This document shows positions 43,801-54,638 of a stretch of DNA of 64,000 nt, one piece after another. The first letter of the stretch is position 1. The number at the start of each line of letters is the position of its first letter. The DNA is from Priapulus caudatus (lineage: Eukaryota): NCBI RefSeq assembly GCF_000485595.1, contig NW_014577062.1, positions 515,512 through 579,511 of the forward strand, read 5' to 3'. The translations under genes were made by a program, and so were the position numbers. The notes beneath the pieces were generated by a model, which saw only the letters and a list, made by a program, of their open reading frames with translations, searched no databases and was not told the DNA's origin.

Positions 43801-46186
43801 CGTCGCGCATGAGCTTAATGTAGTCGTTGCCCTTCGTCTGGAGGTAAGCAGATCTAATACCGTGGATGTCATTCGGGGGGATACCAGCCAGATTGTTGAA
43901 CTGCACAAGCTGGCCCGAATACTCAGCAGCGAGTTCCTCATCAGAAGCTTCGGCCCAGAATGCAGCCGGTGTCCTCTTCCTGTAAGGTGATTGCGGTCAT
44001 ATTATTGCATTGTGACAGAATGACATTTGGTATCACCATAACTCTGTCCGTAATCTTTGTATTAAAGCAATCATTGTAAAAATATATCTATCAAATCGTC
44101 GACCACTTACGTGATAGAATGAGCAGCAAACTCGTTGCCTTCAGAATATAGACTCTGTACAGCAGCGTAGTCAGTGAACTGGTGGCTGGTAAAGAAAGTA
44201 GCAACGGCTGGACAACCATTGGGATTCTTTCTAGGCTCTCTTCGTCGCTGTCGAGTCACCTTTTTCAATATCTATATGCATGGTGGGACAATAATTTTAC
44301 TGCTCATAAATTGGGCTAATATATGTCGCAAAATTCACAAATTCCAAAGTTGATTAGCGTAATTCTATACACGCTGGGTTACAAAAAAGCGCGTTGATTG
44401 TGCGTGAAACACCATTCATGGATAATCAGTCGCAAAGTATTTCTTACCTGCTGAAGAAGATGGTTGTAATCCTCAACCCTCAGAGCTTCGTCCCACGCAA
44501 GCAGCACCATTTGTGGGATCTCGCTAGCAAGGAATCCACCTGGGATCTCGGCGTCGCTGCATTTACAATCGGGCAGCCTGCAGGTAGAGGGATCACAGAC
44601 CGAAGCGCAGCCTTGTTCATCTGACCCATCCTCGCACTCAACGCGGCCATTGCAGCGCGATGTGTGCTCCAAACAAGCAACTGAAATGCGTACACATCAA
44701 CAGAATACAATGACTCAATAATTACTTCAGTGCAAAAGAAGTCTTTGATCCTAAACTAAGGGCCGCTAATGTACTGATCTACATGTGCAAGAAAATCTGA
44801 ACGAGTCATCAATTTAATTAAATTTTGTGCTATCGAAAACTTCCTTTCCCTCTATGATGATTTGGTGGAGGTGAGGTGGTTTGATAGAAAGTCGCTGCCT
44901 CGGTTTACTGTTCTCTGCTATTTATATTCTTTATAGCATTATAATGTAAATTTGGGGACATACCAACGTCAATCGTATCAACCGTGGCCGTCGGCTTCTG
45001 TGGAGCCTCGTAATTACAATCATTGTTCACAGCCTCGTATTTGCCCATGCATCTACTAACTGCCGGTGTCCATATAGTGTCTGATGGACAATGGCGGATT
45101 TTTGGCCACCCGTGGTCGCAAATGTAGAATACCTACAAAGAACATTTGATTGTTTAATTGATTTTCTTAGCGCAACGTTTTATATAATTACGTTCGCGTG
45201 TACAATGCTAATAGTACATGCGAAGAGACGAAAGTTAAAATGTAGGACCACGCAGAGAAGCCGCGATACCTGGCAATCGGTTGTATCAGCCGAGAAGTTG
45301 AGAGCTCCAATGTATGGATTACAGTCGTCTTCAGCTTGTAGAGGCACACCGAGGCGCTTCTCTACTGGCGAAGCCCATCCTGTAACATAATCATCCTACA
45401 CTAATGCGATGCACAATAATCACTATAACGATAAATGTTCGATGACTGACGCTTGGCGATGTTAAAAAACTCAACCATTGAAACGTAACTACATTTAAAG
45501 GCTATACTATTTCGTCGTTAATTAACGTTCGTAGCATGAGCATGTTGCACTATATACAGGCAAAAAATATTACGTAGATAAGATAAGGTGAACTGACAAA
45601 CTGCTTACGCAGAATAGGATCTATATTAGCATTGAGTGTTGCATGACTTACCCATATACGCTAAAGCGGCGAGAGCCAGTAGAAGCTTCATCGTGATCAC
45701 TGGGAGGCTGATAACTGACTGACGATGCCGTGACTCGAACCACCTTATATACCATCACTTGTACGCGCTGAACTAGTTATGAATATTGGTATGAAATCGC
45801 AGCGATGAGTTGATATTGCTTCGGTCACGCCCGGTGTGAGCGGGAAAGTGAACAGAGACGTGACCGAAAATGCAGGCTTACGCGCCAAAATTCGGCAGAA
45901 AACGGGGGAAGAAATTGCATATGCAATTTCGACTTTACATAATAAATACGGATGTGGCGCATCAATGAAAAGAGGCGATACATAAGTAATGGGTATGCCT
46001 CTAGGGTGTATACGCCTACGTACGTGTTTGTGTATGTGTGAGGGCGGGAGATTTTTTCATTGCTAAATCGGAAAACCTTGTCATATCACAAATCAACTCG
46101 GACACGTGCTTGGAAATTGTGTCACGACACGCACGAGGAATGTTTCTATCGTAAATCCTAACCCAATCGTCTAGTTTGACATGTGT

Positions 46187-46251
<65 letters not shown>

Positions 46252-46507
46252 TGCGACCATTCGCGTATGCGCGTGTATGTCTGTTTGTCGGAATGACTAT
46301 ACCTACCTACAAATATGTCAAATAAATTTCCATTTAAGTAAAGAGTACCTGTTATGTCCGGTGCTGCAGACGGGGAGAGGGAGCATGCGATAAATGCGTA
46401 TGTGCCTATAGACACGCAGAACGAAGTTTATAATAGAAAAACAGTAGTTCTAAAACATTTTTCAATCATTTAGTTTACCCTCATCTCTGTATTTCTCACA
46501 TGCCTGT

Positions 46508-46559
<52 letters not shown>

Positions 46560-49438
46560 NNNNNNNNNNATGCACCTCTCATCAGCAGGGCTCCAGACGG
46601 TATCACCCGGACAACGGCGGATGTAGGGCCATCCGTTTGCACACAGATAGAACACCTGTTATCGGAACGCAATCTAAACAACCGTGGTCGGATCTCTGAC
46701 CAGATACCATGATACCATCTACTACTTCTTAAACGAAATTAAGAATATGCGATCTTAAGAAATAGAAGAATAGGCTGACTGTGACATAATGCAAGTTCGT
46801 TGTGAATGTACTCCGGAATAATTTTCTAACCATCAAAAATGAAAATGGTCAGACACTATGCATGCAACTACTATGTGCACGTATGTGCAGAGAAATGCGG
46901 CGTACGTGACAGTCGGTCGCTTCCGCCGTGATGTCGGATCCGCCGAGACGGCGCCGCATTTTCATATAAAGAAGATTTATGCACTATAAAGAGTAAGCAG
47001 TACTAAGCACAGTGTTCATATGTTGAAAGACAAAAACCGCGTACGTGGCAGTCGGTCGCATCCGATGAGAAGTTCAATCCTAGGTCAAGACAGTCAATCT
47101 CTGCTTGGACAGGAACGCCAAGACGCTTCTCTATTCCACCGCTAAAAGGAGCGGCCACCGCTAGAGATACAATAATGCAGGAGTGTTATCAGCTAACCCG
47201 TAAAACGTACATATGCACCATATTCACATCATCCACAATCGGCGGGCAGTCTGAACGTCAGGTGGTGAAACTGAAATCACCAAGACATTAATAACAAAGC
47301 GTACGGTAGGGAAGCTTAATGCGTACGGTATGCAAAGATTTTACATTCATCATTTACATCGTTTTAAATAAGTGGATAATTATATCGAAACTGCGAGAAC
47401 TCAAAGATCCACACATCATCAGTGCACTTTGTGCGTATGCTCCGATACTTACCCACGCAGACGAGAGCAGAGAGTGCCACGAAGATCTTCATCTTGCTAA
47501 TCCGCTTAGAATCCGGTACTGCATCAACAGATTGGAGAGAGCCTTATATAGCACCTGTTCTACCCATTGAACTAGTTCTACGTAACTGCAAAAGCTATAA
47601 AACGCTAGATGTAAAAGTGCAGACAGGATATTAATGCGTGATAGGCACCAATAATACGCCTACGCACAATTTTTATGCCATTCCTGTGGAGCCATCTTGA
47701 GTGCATGAAAAGCCATAATGTAAACTCGATTTGGACAAAACGCTATGCCCCTTATTACCACGCTGAAACCAAATTCTTTAATCATAATTACTTTTTAATC
47801 AATAACTTTGTGGCACCTGCTTCTTTATAAAGACTGAATTGATGAGAGTAGTACGTTTACCAGATGTCCGTGTTGTCACCCTGGTCTACATAGTATGGAA
47901 TACACTTAGCAGAACGGGTTGAAATATTTAAAGTTACATCTTTCTATCGTTGATATATTCTCGCGAACATACTAATGTTCTGTTGCCACCTACATACGCT
48001 AGATGTATAGAAGCACGTAGCGGTTTATTACGGTGTTATACTGCCGCAATTATTACTAATAGGTCGTTATTATATTTAGGCCGCTCCTTTAAGCCTGAAG
48101 GAAAACAGAGTTTAATTCGAAATCAGTTATTGCTATCACAATAGCTATCTTTATTACCTTTGTTTCGCTTTTTCTTTTTTCTTCCCATCCCTCCACACCT
48201 TTCCTTAATAATTATCGCTATCTTTCCTTCAACCCCGTCATTCTCTAGCACCCTTCTAGCATGTCTTGCATCTTGCTTCTAGCTCTCTAGCATCTCTAGC
48301 TTCTTGTTTGGCACGGACGCGCAAAGTGTTGTCAATTTTTGTCCCGGTTAGGTAAATTGCACGCTGTACGTTGAATAGCATACTACGGCTTGAAAGGAAT
48401 ATCTGTAACTACAGTTAACATAAGCCAAATCATGATAGCTGTCCGCGCCCAGTGTGCAATATTTCTCTGCTACTACGTTAATGGTAATGAGTTTGCGGTT
48501 GCTGCCGCAGTGTGGCACCACCCAACGACCTCATTGTACCTAACCTTCATATCATTTGCGATAGTGTGAATTATCCTATTACTTGAGTGGAATTCTGTGA
48601 TAACTTGGTTACGAAAGATGTTGTTTACACCGCTAAATCTTTCAAACCTTTTTAGAAGCTCATAATGTTAGCGAATACCGTCGCCATGAGCTCATAGTGT
48701 TAGAGAAAACCAAAACAAGTCAATACGCCTATAAACCAGTCATATGCAGAGAGAAAATTATTGGAAATATTCGAACACATAATGATATTTAAGAAATTCC
48801 GCACGTTTCTCTTTCCACACGAGCTACAATAAATATGAGTATATATATATATATATATATATTTATTTATTTATCTCGAGAACACATGGAACAGTGATTC
48901 ATTATGCAGAGATTGGCTATCTAAAAACATTTTTGCTAATCGTGGCATTTCTACAATAGCAGTACGATATTCGCTAATATAGGCCTAGGTTACGAAGTAG
49001 TCACAAAACCTTAAATGTGTATGTATGCCAAGGGCATAATGCAACAATAGATACAATACGATTTTTGGGTCATTTAATAACTCTTCTCGCGTGTAACAAC
49101 TGGAACTAATAAAAGAAGCGTGTACTTGAGGTTTGTAGCAGGAAATAAATTGCAACATATGCAACGCGATCGATATATCACCTCACCCTCGACAAATTTG
49201 ATGCAGCATGAGCCCTCACGGTAATCATGAGTCGCCACTAAGAGTCAATTCTCACAGCATTTGCAATAACACGAGACCCCAATGTAATAATATACGAAAG
49301 TGAAGTGTGTTATATTTATGCACCTAGATGCGAGTCATCGAAGCGAAAAATATATGCGTTGCCGAACAAGAACAGGGGTACAGAACCGAGGTAGAGGAGA
49401 AGGTGACGGATAATAGAATAGAAAGAAAGAGAGAAAGA

Positions 49439-49495
<57 letters not shown>

Positions 49496-52400
49496 NNNNN
49501 NNNNNNNNNNNNNNNNNNNNGAAACATATATGTTTCGTAATTACAGGATTTGATACACGTGGTGTGTGTCGCTATATCGACCGTGACTAAGGCATTGATG
49601 TTACACGTCAATAGGCGATCATTGTGAACACCTACCTCGCCCGCAGGTTGAGAGTGAAGGGCGCTCTGTTGCTATCGTAGTGGCGACGGAAGTTGCTCAT
49701 CAGCAGCTGGGCGGCTTCTGCCTTGTCGTTGGGGAAGTAACAGCTGTCGACGTTTGCGCACAGGGTGTCGTTGGTGTCGATCCAGTCTACCAAGGGCATT
49801 TCCCACATACCAGGAACGGACTCGGTCACGCACGGTGGTATGGGACAGCCAGCGCTGGACTGGTAGTCAAAGGTGTACGGCCAGTAAGGAGGGTCCATCT
49901 TGTCCGTGGGGTAGGATGAATCATAGGCAAATCCTTCTTCCTGCATTAGCTTTACGTAGTCAGCGCCCTTTGTCTGGAGGTACGCGGAGCGCACGCCCTT
50001 CACTGCCGTTGGTGGCACGCCAGCGAGGTTGTTGAACATCACTCTCTGGCCAGAGTACTCAGCTGACAATTCAGCGTCACTGTCCAAAGCCCATTGTTCA
50101 GCTGGCAGCTTTTTGCTAAAATTATCAGAACCGAAATATTATAAGTGATAAGAGAGAGAGAGAGAGATACGAAAGCAATAAAATCTCACCATCTTATCAT
50201 CTTTATTCAATAATTATTATTATTGTAATAATTACCAATGCAGCTATCTTGATCATGCTGTAATAGTGGGAGCAATTTTATCTAAGTTACTTACGTGATA
50301 GAATGAGCAGCAAACTCGTTGCCCTCAGAATATAGACTCTGTACAGCAGCGTAGTCAGTGAACTGATGGCTTGTGAAGAAAGTAGCAACCGCTGGGCATC
50401 CATTCGGGTTGGCTCTGGGCTCTCTCCTTCTCGCTGGAGTAACCTTCTTCAAGATCTAAAAAGAAGCCCAATATCCAACTGAGTATTCTGGAATCACAGC
50501 GTAGGAAACTGGAAGCATATTATGTGCATTACTGCCGGTATGTAGCGATGCACTCGTTTACTACACATCCATTGCGTCTACCTGCTGGAGGAGATGGTTG
50601 TAGTCCTCTACTCTCAGAGCCTCGTCCCAGCCAATCAGCACCATCTGTGGGATCTCGTTAGCAAGGAATCCGCCTGGGATCTCGGCATTGCTGCATTTGC
50701 AGTCGGGTAGCCTGCAAGCGGCGGGGTCGCAAGCTGGCGCACAGCCGGCTTCGTCGTTCCCGTCATTGCAGTTGACCGTGCCGTCACACCTGAACCTCGG
50801 GTCGTAGCAGGCAGCTGCGCAACATAAAACAGCTCTTTTATAGTATATTTCACCGTCTTGAAGCACCTTGCATGTTTTGGGGTATCGAAAGTGAAATCAA
50901 TCCTAAATGTTTTATCCTATCAAAGTGACCGGTAACTATGTACTTACCGGAATCAAGTTCCTCGGGAGTGAGAGTCACCTCGACAGGAAGATCTGGAGCT
51001 TCGTATCTGCATACGTCATTAATGGCGACGTATTTTCCCATGCACCTCTCATCAGCAGGGCTCCAGACGGTATCACCCGGACAACGGCGGATGTAGGGCC
51101 ATCCGTTGCCACACAGATAGAAAACCTGTCATTGAAATCAGCAATTATGAACAGCATCACAATACAATGGCAATTAATTACAATTGTCACATTTTTTCCA
51201 AATACGATAAGGCCACATGATCATGCTTCATAAACTAAAGTAGGATGCGGCGATCGTAAATTAAATAACAATGAATTGGTTAGCATAGATTGGTTATCAA
51301 AGTCACAAGACGCAATCAGTACTGTTTCTAAACATCTATCAAATAAAAACAAACATGCATCACGAAATTCGCGATGATGTCAATATTGTCAAAGACATAT
51401 TTTAGGCGCCGCATTTTCGTATAAAGAAGATTCATGCACTATAAAGTGTAAGCACAATATATCTTGTTCATATGTTGGAAGACAAAATCCGCGTACCTGA
51501 CAGTCGGTCGCATCCGATGAGAAGTTCAATGCTAGGTCAAGGCAGTCAATCTCTGCTTGTATGGGGACTCCAAGACGCTTCTCTATCTTGTCATTGAAAG
51601 GAGCGGCCACCGCTTGAGAAACAATAACGCGCAAGTGTTAGCAGCTAACCTGTAGAACGTAGATGCACCATATTCACCGAACCTACAATCGGTGGGCACT
51701 CTGGACGTCGGATGGTGCAAATAAAGTCACCATGCAAGCCATTAATAACACAGCGTGCAGCCGAAAATGTGCTCAAGATGCAATCATACACCGGTATTAA
51801 AAATTGGGTAAGATTATGAGGACAGCGAGAATTAATATTCGCTGCTTTTACTGAGCGCATGAAGCCAAACTACTTACCCACGTAGACGAGAGCACAGAGA
51901 GCCACGAGAAACTTCATCTTGTTAGTGCGCACACAGAATACGGTACTGCAGTGAAAGATCTGAGAGAGCCTTATATAGCAGCTGTCTTACCTATTGAACC
52001 AGTTTTACCTATCCGTAAACGCAATAAAACGCTAGATATATGAATGCAGTCCGCATATTAATGCGTGAGATGCATCAGCAACGCACCTGCTATCGTGGAT
52101 ACGGGGCCGATATGTTCTGTAATTCCTTGGCACAGCGCTGTTCCACCATGACAACTTATAAACCGAATTCGTCACCATAAATATAAATATTACAGCAGAC
52201 TTGCGCTGTTTCGCAAGTAGCTAGCGGCTGTGGTGATTCGAGCTATACCTGCGGGCAGCGTTATAATTTCATCTCACTGACCTCAATTTCGTGCACGGTC
52301 ATAAGAATTCCATTTCCATCCTCTCTCGCTTGCTCTCTCTCTCTCTTTTTCTCTCTCTCTCTTTCCCTGTCCTATTTTCTTTATATCTCGCTCTCTCTTT

Positions 52401-54589
52401 ATCACACAATCACATATACACACACGCGCACAGTGCGACTAAAAACAATTTACTGATATGTGAAATTTCTCATAATTGTTTCTATCAGTATATACATTGC
52501 GTATATTTAGTGTCCGTTCTTATCCTCTTAGATACCGAAAGATACATCACCGTTATACACACATACAAGCGTATAGTATAACAAAATGGCATGTTTTCTC
52601 CGTGTGTTTTCACTGCGTTTGCAATAACCGCAACTAACCTATAATACACGCATGAAAGTACACGAGGAAAGAATTTAAATTATCGGCATGCATTTAAAAT
52701 AGCTAATAATCGTCTAAAATTAACATGAAACAGGCGATCGTATGAAATGGTGTTATACTCCGCCTACCATTCCTAGCCTGCCGTGATGATTTATGAATAA
52801 AAAATAAGAAAACCATTAAAATCTACGACAATCAAATATAGGGGCCCTATGACAGCGCTTTCAATCCCCATATTTTTCATTCTCTCCCCCAGCATAGGCG
52901 ACTAGGGGCTGAGTGCCGTGATGTTTTAGGTGAAGTATGTTCCGCCTGGTCTCTGACCACACACTGGTTCAAGCAAATTGTAGTGAGTAGCAATGTCATT
53001 GGTACGCTGCTAACAGCTAGTGCCAAGAATTACTATCCTATTCCGCGTGGTACAAAACTATCAATCATAGCTTAGATCTAACATATAAGAGCATCTTGAT
53101 GACCTATATCATGTTTTCCGCTGAGCTAGCTGTCAATGTACGTTAATTAATTGGAAATTAATGCAGCTACAGATAAACCTATATTCAAGTCATGTTGTAT
53201 TATATTGAAAATATATCACTGCTGAAATGTATAATTTCCGATCAGTATATAATGACCTAGTTAATTTCAATGCGGGATATCTGCTCAAATTCAGGCCCAT
53301 GCACGTTCATTTGTCGATTTTAATCTTAGACTTCAACGCATTAGCCTTAAATAATATTTTTTTTTTACAATTTACCAGTTTTATGCGGCCATGCACGGTA
53401 AATATCCACATTATCATTAACAAGGGCATAATGGTAACACTAAATATATATATATATATATATATCAAGATATATATATAATATATAGTGTAAGCAAATA
53501 TAAATATAAATGTAAATATTGATATGTCTGACAAGTAGAATTAGAAGGAGAATATAATAAGTAGATGTATACTGATTTATCATTTCACATATGTAAATGT
53601 ATGTGTGTGAACATGGCATAACTGTATGTGTTGACGTCTGGTGTGTAGTGATAGTGTTGCACGCACGTTTCTATCATCTATGTGTTTACATTTATACAGA
53701 AATGCTAACGAGCTATTATGTTCAAGACATGACAGGACAAAGAAACGAAATAACAACATATCAATTGTTACGCAGTTTTGTCATAAACCTCAGTGTATCT
53801 TAATAAAGGTAAATGTTAGGGAAAGTCCGAGATAGAATAACGTAGAGTTTTATGATGTTTTACAGTGAAGAACTTTTAATATATATGCCAGTTAATTATT
53901 ATTTGGGATTAAAGCATTTTATTACTAATATTTTTATATATTTATATATGGTGAGAGTCGGGTGCGTATTCATCCGCATGCGATACAAATAGTGTATGCT
54001 ACCGTAATAAAAAATTGACAAGTGCCGTGTTAGATGCGCGCCAACTGACTTTTCAACCACACCATGTGTGGTGACCTTCTGCTGTTACTAAAAATGCCAT
54101 TTTTGATACCATAGCCTATACGCACATATATTGCGCTTTCACGGAGTTGCAGAGACAGTCATGGATATAATTATAGGAGCATGGCGCAGTCTATGATACG
54201 GTCACTGATACTGGTCACTCACTTTACGTGCATGCAGTTTTGACATGCCGTTAGAAAAACGTTGATTTATTGCAGTGAACAGAGGTCGTATCATCAATTG
54301 AATGACGGCAGGATTGCTAGAAGGGGTCAGCTCCTCCCTCGCGGAAAACAACATTAACTCGTTGTAGAATCTATATAGAAATTATGCAATCACTCTTCAG
54401 CTGTAGCGCTGCCTTGGTCGTAGTAACTTATAGAAAACACTGATGAAAAGCTGATTAATCTCTATACATATGATAATATATTCTAATATATCAATAGTCA
54501 CATATAGAAATTCTTTCCCACTAAAAATGCTAAAGATGCCACTTTAAATCTTTAACAGATATACCTGATATAATATATANNNNNNNNNN

Positions 54590-54638
<49 letters not shown>

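Noticed and set aside
31557..51233. Plus-strand and alternative-frame ORFs overlapping the CDA-like exons
   Set aside because: Shadow ORFs; they recur only because the underlying exons are paralogous.
51635..51660. Alternative upstream acceptor (ctacag|gttag) for exon 2 of copy E
   Set aside because: Gives an immediate in-frame TAG; the downstream caag acceptor preserves frame and matches the exon size in copy D.
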